Assembly (NCBI GenBank): GCA_036339875.1
Contig: JAYZAC010000095.1
Coordinates: forward strand, 10,046-74,045
Direction: 5' to 3'
DNA: 64,000 bases
From: a bacterium
GTDB lineage: Bacteria; Muiribacteriota; UBA6191
The notes beneath the pieces are model-generated. The model was not told the origin of the DNA. It saw nothing but the letters and a program-made list of their open reading frames with translations, and made no database searches. A program made the position numbers and the translations under genes. This document shows positions 29,183 through 38,467 of the stretch, piece by piece. Within the stretch, counting starts at the first letter, position 1, and each line of letters opens with the position of its first letter.

Positions 29183-30379
29183 TTACTGCTTGCTAACTCT
29201 CAGACGACTAATTCGGCGTGCGTCTGCCTCGAGTATTAAAATTCTCAAACCTTGCAAACTTATCAAGGTCCCTCTATTAGGAATCCCACCACAATATTCT
29301 AGTAAAAATCCATTGACGGTTTTCGATCTAGTCTCAGGTATGCTTAGTTGAAAATATTCAATGAACTCGTCTAAATCCATAACCGCATCTACAAGATAGG
29401 TATCGCTACTCAGTTTCCTGAGACTAGATTGATCAAATTCATCCTCAATTTCCCCTACCAATTCCTCTAAAATATCCTCCATAGTGAGAATCCCTAAACT
29501 TTTGTCCTCACTACTTACTATGGCGAACTGACGCTTATTCTGCTGAAAAATCTCTAATGCTTCGTAACATGAGCAAGTTGGAACCATCGTAATCACTTCA
29601 TCCATATGTTCTCTTACAGATTCACCCAGATGCCTTAGGAGTGGTAATTGATTAGCTCTAAATATACCCACTACATTATTCTCATGTGAAACTACGGGAT
29701 AACGCGAAAATCCGTGTAATCGTGCATTATCAAGAGCTTCGATTGTGCTACAGGATTCCGATATACTAATCATTCTCGTTAGAGGTGTCATAATGCTATC
29801 GATGCGAGTTTCAAATAAATTATCGACTTGTCTTAAGATTTCGCGCTCTTCTTGATCTAGGTCCTGCTCATCTTGTTTTTGAGCCAGATCTAATGATGTT
29901 CTCATCATATATTCTTTTAAGCGAAGATTAAGCTGACCCCACAAATCGCGCCCTAGAACTCCAATGGCTAAACCCTCTTCTAGTTTACTAAGGCTCAGAA
30001 AGGGACCCGAAAATCGCTCATACAGACCAATCAGTACATGTATGATTCCAGTATTTTTATTAATGATCCATCTATCCAAACTAATACAAAAAACAAAGTA
30101 GCTTAACAGAATCGAACAACAGATGATGGTCAAGTCCAAAGACTCAAACCAAGGCTGACATACCGCTACAAACAAAGGGGAAATAGCCAATACAAAGTAG
30201 ATGCAATTAAACCATAACTCGCGGCTACTATAATAAGCTTTTGACTCGTCAAACTTACGCTCATCTAAAATCGTTGAGTCAAAGCTTGGTATACAACCTG
30301 CAAGCGATAACACACGAACTATCCCTAACCGTCTTAAGAATAAAAAGAATAGGCCCCATATAATACAAAATACTGTCAT
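29183..30379 (-). CDS. CorC/HlyC family protein (DUF21-CBS pair-CorC_HlyC)
   Basis: N-terminal TM helices, CBS pair (IMTPLTRMISI...), C-terminal transporter-associated domain (GTLISLQGLRILILEADARRISRLRV). Confidence 0.75.
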   Translation of the reverse strand: MTVFCIIWGLFFLFLRRLGIVRVLSLAGCIPSFDSTILDERKFDESKAYYSSRELWFNCIYFVLAISPLFVAVCQPWFESLDLTIICCSILLSYFVFCISLDRWIINKNTGIIHVLIGLYERFSGPFLSLSKLEEGLAIGVLGRDLWGQLNLRLKEYMMRTSLDLAQKQDEQDLDQEEREILRQVDNLFETRIDSIMTPLTRMISISESCSTIEALDNARLHGFSRYPVVSHENNVVGIFRANQLPLLRHLGESVREHMDEVITMVPTCSCYEALEIFQQNKRQFAIVSSEDKSLGILTMEDILEELVGEIEDEFDQSSLRKLSSDTYLVDAVMDLDEFIEYFQLSIPETRSKTVNGFLLEYCGGIPNRGTLISLQGLRILILEADARRISRLRVSKQ

Positions 30380-31455
30380 GAAGCAACCTTCTTTACAGCC
30401 ACCTTACGGAGACGATAATTCTCTAACTCAAGTACGTGAAATTCTAAATCTTGAAGTTTCAAGCTATCTCCAGCACTAGGCAAATAACCAAAATGCTGAA
30501 ATACATATCCACCAAGAGTTTCAACTTCCTCATCTTCACTGGATAAAGAACAACCGATAATCTCCTCTACATCATCTAAATCGATTTTAGCATCAAAAAC
30601 CCATTGCTTACCCTCAGAAGTATGCAATAAACTTTCATCATCATTTCGACGGTCTTGCACATCTCCAACAATTGTTTCCATAAGATCCTCTAGAGTAACA
30701 ATTCCTGTGATCACTCCAAATTCATCAACTACAATTGCCATCTGAATCATACGTTTTTGAAATTCTTGCAATAAAACCAATTGCGACATTAATTCAGGAA
30801 CGTAATATGCCTCTTTAATATGTTCCACCACGGAGAAGGAACTCAACTCGATATTCGAAAGCTCGGTAACATTGCAGTTTTCATAGGCATCTGAGATTTT
30901 ACCGATAAGGTGCTTCGTGTAAATTATGCCAACGATATTGTCTTTTTCACCCTCAAAAACAGGAATTCTCGAATAAGGAGTAAAATCAGAATGTGCAAGC
31001 AGACCTGCGATATTTTGCTTTGACGATATTTTGAAAACGTCGTTGATTGGAACCATAGCTTCCTTCACAGAACCATCTGCAAAATCAAACAAACCTTCTC
31101 TCAGTCGTTCTCGAGAGTCTTGATCTAAATTATCAGAAGGTGAGTCAACTTTCGAAGTCGAGAAACAAATCATCCTAGGTAAATAATGCGAAAAAACAAG
31201 AAGCAAAAGTAGAAAAATTCGTTTATCTAGACTATCAACGCCAGATAAATACAACTTGAATTCATAGAGCAGTAAACTAAGCATCATCAAAACAAGCAAC
31301 TCATACAACATTGAGCTCCGTAGAAAACTGGGCAAATCTCTATTAAACTCTAAACTTCTTCTTAAAAATCGATAGCAAGCAAAGGCTAACGATACAATTA
31401 TTATAATCCAAAGCTCATAATTCACTTTTTTGAGACTCCCACTCCAGAAAATCAT
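30376..31455 (-). CDS. CorC/HlyC family protein (paralog)
   Basis: CBS pair (AMVPINDVFKIS...) and CorC_HlyC C-terminus (GDSLKLQDLEFHVLELENYRLRKVAVK). 4-nt overlap with the downstream paralog. Confidence 0.75.
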   Translation of the reverse strand: MIFWSGSLKKVNYELWIIIIVSLAFACYRFLRRSLEFNRDLPSFLRSSMLYELLVLMMLSLLLYEFKLYLSGVDSLDKRIFLLLLLVFSHYLPRMICFSTSKVDSPSDNLDQDSRERLREGLFDFADGSVKEAMVPINDVFKISSKQNIAGLLAHSDFTPYSRIPVFEGEKDNIVGIIYTKHLIGKISDAYENCNVTELSNIELSSFSVVEHIKEAYYVPELMSQLVLLQEFQKRMIQMAIVVDEFGVITGIVTLEDLMETIVGDVQDRRNDDESLLHTSEGKQWVFDAKIDLDDVEEIIGCSLSSEDEEVETLGGYVFQHFGYLPSAGDSLKLQDLEFHVLELENYRLRKVAVKKVAS

Positions 31456-32866
31456 TTAAAATTTCATACTGAACTTTCATCATCTGCTTATAATCATTTT
31501 CATTTTTATGAGTCCACCCGTGTAAATGTAACAGTCCATGAATTATCAAGAAAAAAGTAAGTTTCAACTGAGATTTTAATCCAAATTGATCCTCCATAGC
31601 ATTTACACATAAATAAATATCACCCATAGAACCCAAGGGATCATTCTCAGGAGCCTCAAGTTCAAAAGTCAATATATCGGTTGCCCCAGATTTACCTCGA
31701 TAACTTTGGTTCAAATCTGCCATTTGTAAGTCATTCAAAAACGTAACACTCAATTGTCGATAAAATCTAACATCGCCTCTTTCAATTATTTTGCCCCAAC
31801 AATAAGTCAAAAAAGTCTCAAAAGAGTCACTTGATATCTCCTCAGGTAATGAATTTACTTCAAACAATGGAGTTTCTTCCGTCGAAGCTTGAATGTCAAT
31901 TGTATCTGACTTAGGCAAAAAACCATCGAGGTCAAGACTACTTTTTTGTACCTTAAATTCCTGCAAAATCAATCTCCCGCAACGATCTCTATCCACTTTT
32001 CGACCACTCAAAAAATAACCCTTCTTGGTCGCAATTAAATCTAAAAATTGCTCCCAATCTTGCAAAGCCTCACTCAGACTAACACCTAAAAAATTACTTT
32101 CTAAACCTTGATCAAATGAGTTTTTTAAGAGAAAAAATGCTAATTCCTCGTTATCGTATTCTTTATTCGAGATCATGCGGCAAAGAGCAAACTTAAGTCT
32201 TTGCTCCGTATCGCTAGCCTGCGCTAAAGTTGCTACTCCAGGTGTATCTAATAAATAACAGTTTTCTGATAATTTTATCCATTGACGACCTTTAGTAATA
32301 CCTGGAGCATTAGCTACACGAACGACTCGTTTTTTTCGTAAAGTATTTATCAGCGTCGACTTTCCTACATTGGGTAGCCCAACTACACAGATTCTTAGAA
32401 CTTTAAGAATCGAACTGGTAGGCATATATTTTTTGGTCAGTTGATCAAAGATCTTCAGTATTTGACCCGGCTTCTTAGTTGTTTCAATTGCTACTGCAGC
32501 TAATCCACGATTCTTAAATTCTGCTATTACAGCATCTCTGTAGAAATCGCTAACTAAATCAGCCTTGCTTAAGAAAATGACTCGGGCCTTTGATTCAAAT
32601 TTAGTATCTAAAAAACGAACTCTAGAACTTATCGGTAGACGAATATCGCGTATTTCAATTACAAGACTGCAATCCTTTATATCTTGATAAATAGTTGGTG
32701 TAGAGGACTTCGTCGATTTAGAACTGGACTTACTTTTGACGGTAGTCTTTATCGATGCGCCTTTCTTGCTAGTTCTAGAAGTGGAATTAGGCTTAGGGTC
32801 ACAATTATTTGTGGAACACCACTTTTTAGCTTTAGTGTTAGGTTTATTGCGTTTTGCTCGGGGCAT
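31415..32866 (-). CDS. fusion protein: circularly permuted ribosome-biogenesis GTPase RbgA/YlqF (N-terminal) plus endoribonuclease YbeY (C-terminal)
   Basis: A single uninterrupted 483-aa frame. The N-terminal Lys/Ser/Thr-rich tail is followed by the RbgA motif order DIRLPISS, SKADL (G4), GLPNVGKST (G1), PGITKG (G2), DTPGV (G3). The C-terminal roughly 140 aa are YbeY-like (SVTFLNDLQMADLNQSYRGKSGATDILTF, HGLLHLHGWTH zinc triad). It follows rplS as ylqF does in Bacillus, and precedes corC as ybeY does in ybeZ-ybeY-ybeX. Confidence 0.7.
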   Translation of the reverse strand: MPRAKRNKPNTKAKKWCSTNNCDPKPNSTSRTSKKGASIKTTVKSKSSSKSTKSSTPTIYQDIKDCSLVIEIRDIRLPISSRVRFLDTKFESKARVIFLSKADLVSDFYRDAVIAEFKNRGLAAVAIETTKKPGQILKIFDQLTKKYMPTSSILKVLRICVVGLPNVGKSTLINTLRKKRVVRVANAPGITKGRQWIKLSENCYLLDTPGVATLAQASDTEQRLKFALCRMISNKEYDNEELAFFLLKNSFDQGLESNFLGVSLSEALQDWEQFLDLIATKKGYFLSGRKVDRDRCGRLILQEFKVQKSSLDLDGFLPKSDTIDIQASTEETPLFEVNSLPEEISSDSFETFLTYCWGKIIERGDVRFYRQLSVTFLNDLQMADLNQSYRGKSGATDILTFELEAPENDPLGSMGDIYLCVNAMEDQFGLKSQLKLTFFLIIHGLLHLHGWTHKNENDYKQMMKVQYEILNDFLEWESQKSEL

Positions 32867-32901
32867 CTTAACGTAATCTTACCAATTTAATGTGAATGAC
32901 A

Positions 32902-32934
32902 AAAGACCGGTCATTGAGATATAAACCGGTCTTT
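32902..32934 (-). terminator. hairpin (possible terminator/attenuator) between rplS and the rbgA-ybeY gene
   Basis: Perfect 10-bp inverted repeat AAAGACCGGT / ACCGGTCTTT with a 13-nt loop. On the minus strand the stem is followed by TTTTGT. Confidence 0.45.
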
Positions 32935-32967
32935 AGTTTCTGACAATGATTTAATATTCAAAAGGTA

Positions 32968-33333
32968 CTATTTCTCGCCATCTTTGCGAGTGCGTATCTT
33001 TATTTTGGTAGCACGCTTCCCTACTCTATCTCTTAAATAGAACAGTTTAGCTCGTCGAACCTTACCTGACTGAATCACTTCGACTTTTTCAATAGAGGGT
33101 GAATGATATGGGAAGACGCGCTCAACACCAATTCCCCCACTAATTTTCCGCACTCGGAACGTTTTATTGGTACTGCCATGCTTGCGGCCGATACATATTC
33201 CCTGAAACTGCTGAATTCGCTCTTTATTACCTTCGGTAACTTTCACATGTACACGAACCGTGTCTCCCACTCTAAAATCGGGATAGTTCTTTTCGACTTC
33301 AGCTTCTTTATTTAACTGCTGGATCAAATCCAT
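32968..33333 (-). CDS. rplS: 50S ribosomal protein L19
   Basis: Whole-length match to bL19 ([39 protein letters not shown]...). 121 aa. Confidence 0.95.
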   Translation of the reverse strand: MDLIQQLNKEAEVEKNYPDFRVGDTVRVHVKVTEGNKERIQQFQGICIGRKHGSTNKTFRVRKISGGIGVERVFPYHSPSIEKVEVIQSGKVRRAKLFYLRDRVGKRATKIKIRTRKDGEK

Positions 33334-34102
33334 GATCGCTCTTCCTCTCCTCGATGAGCTTGCCCATCTTGTACTTATTCAACAACTTCTTCTGACTCTC
33401 GTCCAATGGATATTGGTACCATAAATCCGGACGCTTCTCAGCAGTCTTCTTTGCTGACTCCAGAAATCTCCATTCGGAAATCAATTTATGATTACCCGAT
33501 AATAACACTTCCGGTACCTCATACCCTCTATATTCTGCTGGCCTAGTGTAAACCGGTGCTCCTAAAAGCCCCGCATAGTGACTGTCCGAACTGATACTTT
33601 CGTAATCCGATACTGCCCCAGGCAACAATCTCGCAAGTGAATCGATAATTACGAGTGCAGGTAACTCGCCCCCGCTGAGTACGTAATCGCCAATACTAAT
33701 TGTCCCGTCGATATACTCACGTACTCGTTCATCAATTCCCTTGAAGTGACCACACAACAATATAATGTGACTCTCTTTTGCCAATTCAAGTGCGAGCCGC
33801 TGATTATACACACAACCATCTGCTCCTGTCATCAATACTTTTTGTTCGGAGGTTTTTTTTTCTGGATCACAACCCAGCAAGTCGCGTAGGCATTCGTAGA
33901 ATGGTTCAACACCTAGAACCATACCTGCTCCACCACCATAAGGATTATCATCCACACTACAATGCCTATCCCTTCCATACTTTCGAAGAGACACCAACTT
34001 GATCTGAAGAGCACCCGCTTTCTGAGCGTTTTTTACTATGCTACTCTGAAGTACATCATAAAAATTACCGGGAAATAAAGTGACGACATCAATTTTCAAC
34101 AA
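33308..34102 (-). CDS. trmD: tRNA (guanine37-N1)-methyltransferase
   Basis: [18 protein letters not shown]-terminus, [16 protein letters not shown]-binding trefoil-knot motif. Synteny with rimM and rplS. Confidence 0.9.
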   Translation of the reverse strand: MLKIDVVTLFPGNFYDVLQSSIVKNAQKAGALQIKLVSLRKYGRDRHCSVDDNPYGGGAGMVLGVEPFYECLRDLLGCDPEKKTSEQKVLMTGADGCVYNQRLALELAKESHIILLCGHFKGIDERVREYIDGTISIGDYVLSGGELPALVIIDSLARLLPGAVSDYESISSDSHYAGLLGAPVYTRPAEYRGYEVPEVLLSGNHKLISEWRFLESAKKTAEKRPDLWYQYPLDESQKKLLNKYKMGKLIEERKSDHGFDPAVK

Positions 34103-34121
34103 TTAGCACTCCCTAAGAAAA

Positions 34122-34655
34122 CTAAATTACAGATAATGGCGTGAATTGATCAGACAGGATAATACGACCTGACTCTAAATCAACCTCATCCACTAATGCC
34201 CTGACAAAAGGTACCAGAGTCTCTTTGCGACCCTTTATAACCTGCATTACTGGATTTGACGGATACTCCTCTAAACGCTTAACAACACCTAGCACACTAC
34301 CAGTTGAAGTGATAACCTGAAGACCAAGCAATTCATCAGCATAAAAATCACCATCTTCCAACTCTAGTCTATCTAATTCTGGAGGAAGAAACAGGTAGAC
34401 ATTACGAATGTGCTGCACCGATTCAACTCCGTCATAACCCTCAAATTTGATTAAAACATCTTCACCATGCCAGCGACTGTCTTGGATAACTAATTGCTTA
34501 CCAACCTGCTCATTATCCAACCCAAGAATTATTGTGTCTCCCGGTGCAAACCTTTCATCAATAAATTCCGTCAATGGTGTAACTTTGATGTACCCATGCA
34601 ATCCATGAGGCTTCCTCGCAAAACCAACCTTGATTGATTGTTTATTCTTGGCCAT
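34122..34655 (-). CDS. rimM: 16S rRNA processing protein RimM
   Basis: GFARKPHGLHGYIKV N-terminal motif, PRC-barrel C-terminus. Synteny. Confidence 0.85.
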   Translation of the reverse strand: MAKNKQSIKVGFARKPHGLHGYIKVTPLTEFIDERFAPGDTIILGLDNEQVGKQLVIQDSRWHGEDVLIKFEGYDGVESVQHIRNVYLFLPPELDRLELEDGDFYADELLGLQVITSTGSVLGVVKRLEEYPSNPVMQVIKGRKETLVPFVRALVDEVDLESGRIILSDQFTPLSVI

Positions 34656-34664
34656 CAGTACAAG

Positions 34665-35093
34665 CTATAGCTTAACTTCAGTCTTACGTAATTGCTGGAC
34701 AACGCCATCATCCAATACAACTTCGACACCAGTCATCACAGCATGCCAGTTATCGCCAATTTGAACTTCAACGGGGGAATCAACTGTTCCATGAACAAAT
34801 TCCTCGCCAAGTTTCAATTGACCAAGCTCAGCCAACTTCTGCTCCATCTGCCGCCGAGTACCTTTGAAGCGCTCTTCCTCCATAGCCATCTTTTTCATTA
34901 TTTCATAGTCGGGCTTTACATCCTTTTCACGACATTGTGCGATGTAACCATCACGATGTTCTTGAAAACGAACATAATCCCCTTCCATGGAATCTATCTG
35001 ACCACGAGTTTCGGTAGACAAAATATTAATAAGTTTTTCAGTTACGATAGATTTAACAACTACTTTGCGAATTACTCGAATAGCTTCACTCAT
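34665..35093 (-). CDS. YlqD-like small protein (DUF of the ffh-rpsP-rimM operon in Firmicutes)
   Basis: A 142-aa charged protein sitting exactly where Bacillus ylqD lies, between the KH-domain gene and rimM. No catalytic motifs. The assignment rests mainly on position. Confidence 0.45.
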   Translation of the reverse strand: MSEAIRVIRKVVVKSIVTEKLINILSTETRGQIDSMEGDYVRFQEHRDGYIAQCREKDVKPDYEIMKKMAMEEERFKGTRRQMEQKLAELGQLKLGEEFVHGTVDSPVEVQIGDNWHAVMTGVEVVLDDGVVQQLRKTEVKL

Positions 35094-35338
35094 GAAAGAA
35101 CCTCAATTACAACTTTCTTGTCATTCTTATTTAATGATGAGCGCACCAAATCACGAAGTGCATTGATAACTTTACCCTGCTTGCCAATGACTCTACCAAG
35201 ATCATCTTTGGCCACAGCGATTTCCAAAATTGTGGTTGTTTCACCATCTATCTGCTTGATATCCAAATTGTCCGGAGCGTCTACCAAATTGGAGAGCACG
35301 AAACGAACTAACTCAACCATATTAATCCTCTTGTTCAA
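35090..35338 (-). CDS. KH-domain RNA-binding protein (YlqC/UPF0109 family)
   Basis: LDIKQIDGETTTILEIAVAKDDLGRVIGKQGKVINALRDLV, the KH_4 GxxG motif. 82 aa. Located between rpsP and rimM. Confidence 0.8.
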   Translation of the reverse strand: MNKRINMVELVRFVLSNLVDAPDNLDIKQIDGETTTILEIAVAKDDLGRVIGKQGKVINALRDLVRSSLNKNDKKVVIEVLS

Positions 35339-35573
35339 GAACCTTATTCTTCTTGACGAAATTGCTTACGGTATCACTCATTACAGCACCTTTATCTAAA
35401 TAGTGCTTCAAGCGATCTACTTTAACTTCAAATTTAGGCGTTTTTGCACAAGGATGATAATAACCAATTTCCTCGATATTACGTCCATCACGTTTATTTT
35501 TTCGTTCTGCTGCAACAATACGATAGTGCGGACTACGCTTTGCACCGCCACGCTTTAGTCGAACTACGACCAT
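35322..35573 (-). CDS. rpsP: 30S ribosomal protein S16
   Basis: MVVVRLKRGGAKRSPHYRIVAAERKNKRDGRNIEEIGYYHP, the canonical bS16 sequence. Confidence 0.95.
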   Translation of the reverse strand: MVVVRLKRGGAKRSPHYRIVAAERKNKRDGRNIEEIGYYHPCAKTPKFEVKVDRLKHYLDKGAVMSDTVSNFVKKNKVLEQED

Positions 35574-35581
35574 AATTCCTC

Positions 35582-36925
35582 CTAGATTTTAAATGGCAAC
35601 CCACCCCCGCCCAAAAGTTTGGTCGGGTTTAACATTCCCATCTTCTTAAATTGTTTCATCATTTGTTTCATTTGCTCAAACTGTCTGATCAGCTGATTAA
35701 TTTGCTGAACATCTGTTCCCGAGCCTCTGGCAATTCGTCGACGACGAGATGCATTAAGCACCTCTGGATTATAACGCTCCTCGATAGTCATTGATCGGAT
35801 TATCGCTAGTGTTCGTTTCATTTCATCACCAACTCCTCCGAACTGACCCTTAAACTGAGCCATACCAGGGATCATCTTCAATAACTCCTCTAGCGGACCC
35901 ATTTTGTTCATCATCTCTAATTGTTCCAAAAAATCAACGAGATTAAACTGCCCGCTGCCCATACGTCTTTGCATACGCTTTGCTTTAGACTCATCCATTA
36001 CGCCACTGGCTTTCTCGATAAGACCCATTACATCGCCCATGCCCAGAATTCTTTGTGCCATACGCTCCGGATCAAACAACTCTAAGCCATCTAACTTTTC
36101 ACCGATCCCAATAAACTTGATAGGTTTAGCGATCGTCTCTCTTATGGAAAGTGCGGCTCCACCCCTAGCGTCTCCATCAATTTTACTCAAAATCACGCCA
36201 GTTAAACCAAGACGTTGATCAAACGCTTGAGAAACTCGAACTGCTTCTTGGCCAGTCATAGCGTCGATTACCAATAAAATTTCTTGTGGTTTAACTTCAT
36301 CCTTAAGACGTTCCAACTCACCCATGAGGTTATCATCTATCTGAAGACGGCCAGCAGTATCAACTATGACCAACTGGTGCCCATCAGCCTTAGCTCTTTC
36401 GATACCAGCCATTGCTATTTGCACGGGGTCGCTATCTGTACCTTGCTCGTAGAAACCAGCTTGCACCTGTTTAGCCACAGTCTCTAACTGTTGAACTGCG
36501 GCAGGTCGGTAGATATCACATGCTACTAACAGAGGTTTATGTTTGGCATATCGTTTAGCTAGTTTACCTGTAGTAGTTGTTTTTCCAGAGCCCTGCAAGC
36601 CAACCATTAGAATTTTATTAAGACGCCCGTTTTCTATGGCTAAATCTTCAGGGGTTTTCCCCATAACCTCTACCAGCTTCTCGTGAACTAACTTAATAAA
36701 TTGTTTTCCAGGGTCAAGATTTGAATCAACCTCACTACCCAAAACTTGGTCTCTTATTGAGCTTACGAAGGACTTAACAATTTTCATGTTAACGTCAGCT
36801 TCCAATAAAGCCATCTTAACTTCGCGAAGAGCTTCCTTGATATTATCTTCGGTAAGCTTGCCCTGACCTTGCAAATTTCGCAAAGTTCCTTGCAACCGAT
36901 CAGATAAATTACCGAATACTTCCAT
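35582..36925 (-). CDS. ffh: signal recognition particle protein Ffh
   Basis: N domain, GTPase (GLQGSGKTTTTGKLA, DTAGR), Met-rich M domain (MMKQFKKMGMLNP). 447 aa. Confidence 0.95.
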   Translation of the reverse strand: MEVFGNLSDRLQGTLRNLQGQGKLTEDNIKEALREVKMALLEADVNMKIVKSFVSSIRDQVLGSEVDSNLDPGKQFIKLVHEKLVEVMGKTPEDLAIENGRLNKILMVGLQGSGKTTTTGKLAKRYAKHKPLLVACDIYRPAAVQQLETVAKQVQAGFYEQGTDSDPVQIAMAGIERAKADGHQLVIVDTAGRLQIDDNLMGELERLKDEVKPQEILLVIDAMTGQEAVRVSQAFDQRLGLTGVILSKIDGDARGGAALSIRETIAKPIKFIGIGEKLDGLELFDPERMAQRILGMGDVMGLIEKASGVMDESKAKRMQRRMGSGQFNLVDFLEQLEMMNKMGPLEELLKMIPGMAQFKGQFGGVGDEMKRTLAIIRSMTIEERYNPEVLNASRRRRIARGSGTDVQQINQLIRQFEQMKQMMKQFKKMGMLNPTKLLGGGGLPFKI

Positions 36926-37030
36926 TTTTATATCTCAAATTAACCAAATTTAATGTACAGCAAACAAACGCCGACAGCGATAGCCGGGCGAATATAGAGC
37001 GAGGAAGATTACCAGATGAAAAATATAGAG

Positions 37031-38467
37031 TCAATGTTTATTAGTGTTTGAACTCAATAGTTTCTCAAACTCTACGGTTTCCAACATAGACTTGAAGCAA
37101 GCATTAGAGCGTGCCATCTGGATATATTTTTCATCTCCATCAACAGCACACTTAAGATTTCTTATCGCAAGCTTAAATTTTCCCATCAGCGAGTATATGG
37201 ATGCACGATAATAATAAAGTACAGGTAAATTCTTAAACTTCTTCAAACCTAGATTAACAGTTTTCAATGCTTCTTCGAACTCACCACGACCCATGTAGAA
37301 GAGAAATAAACTATGGTAAAGATTGATATTTTTAGGCCTAACTTTTTGTAATGAATCTAAAGCCTCATGAATGAGATCGCATCGATGTGCTGATTCGAGA
37401 TACAACAAAAAAAGATCGACTGAATCTCCCTTTAGATCGAGAGATCTTTTAAGATTTTCATATGCTAAAGTATTTTTGTTTAGCTCCAAAAGAACTCGAC
37501 CTAGCTGATAATAGCACTGAGACATTTCATCTATATCAGAAGCTAATTTTAAGGCACCACGAAAACTGGAACGAGCAAGTCTTAATCGAGAATTCTGCAA
37601 ATGACATCTACCTAAATTAAACAAAGCCTCGAATGTTTCTTCAATTTTCAAAGATTGAGATAAATAAGACTGAGCAGCATCTAGCCTACCTGATTCTAAA
37701 TACATTAAACCCATATTATTTAATACAGTTGGGTCTTCGGGAATTAGTTGTAATACTTTGCGATAGGTTCCGTGAGCTCTCTCTAGCTGTCCCATTTTAT
37801 ATTGACAACTTGCTAGAGACATTAATACATCGATTAAATCCTCTTCTTCCTCTAAATTAGGAATCATCTTTTGGTAACAATCGATAGCCTCTAAAAACTT
37901 ATTCATATCTTCAAGAACTTGCGCTTTACCTAAATTTGCTTCAAAGAATTCAGGACTAGTTTTCAAGCATTGATCAAAATAAAATAATGCCTTTTCGAAT
38001 TCACCTAACTGATGCAAGATCTCACCTAAATAATTATGAATTCTAGGAGAACCTTTTCCTAACTTAAACAAAACTAGAAAGGATTCGCGAGCCTCTTCTA
38101 ACTCTCCCATAGCATAATGTAGTAGTCCCAAACGCTCAATCCCAAGTGGATCATGTGGATTCATCGAGAATACTTTTTTTATAAAAAATTCGGCTTCATC
38201 CCATCTTTCTTGAATCAGAAGTAAGTAACCTAAATCCGAATATGCAGCACAGTTTGTTGGATCTAATTTGATGGAAGTTTGAAATGCCACAATAGCCTCT
38301 TCCATCCACTCCATCCTGAAGCAGGTATAAGCTTTTAGATAAAAATAAATGGAATCATTTTGAAAACTTGCTTCATGGTCTTGTATCCAATCCCAAGCTT
38401 CCTCGAATAACTCACAATCAATCAACTCTTGAAGTTTTTCAAGATCAGCACTCACGTTTTGCCTCAT
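37031..38467 (-). CDS. TPR repeat protein
   Basis: Multiple 34-aa TPR units (AxxxYxLGxxxxxxGxxxEAxxxFxKALxLxP). Confidence 0.7.
   Translation of the reverse strand: MRQNVSADLEKLQELIDCELFEEAWDWIQDHEASFQNDSIYFYLKAYTCFRMEWMEEAIVAFQTSIKLDPTNCAAYSDLGYLLLIQERWDEAEFFIKKVFSMNPHDPLGIERLGLLHYAMGELEEARESFLVLFKLGKGSPRIHNYLGEILHQLGEFEKALFYFDQCLKTSPEFFEANLGKAQVLEDMNKFLEAIDCYQKMIPNLEEEEDLIDVLMSLASCQYKMGQLERAHGTYRKVLQLIPEDPTVLNNMGLMYLESGRLDAAQSYLSQSLKIEETFEALFNLGRCHLQNSRLRLARSSFRGALKLASDIDEMSQCYYQLGRVLLELNKNTLAYENLKRSLDLKGDSVDLFLLYLESAHRCDLIHEALDSLQKVRPKNINLYHSLFLFYMGRGEFEEALKTVNLGLKKFKNLPVLYYYRASIYSLMGKFKLAIRNLKCAVDGDEKYIQMARSNACFKSMLETVEFEKLLSSNTNKH

Noticed and set aside
34692-35399. 235-aa plus-strand ORF antisense to ylqD, the KH-domain gene and rpsP
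   Set aside because: It lies entirely antisense within three well-supported, syntenic ribosomal-operon genes. The translation is low-complexity (N, I, L and F rich), typical of AT-rich shadow ORFs.
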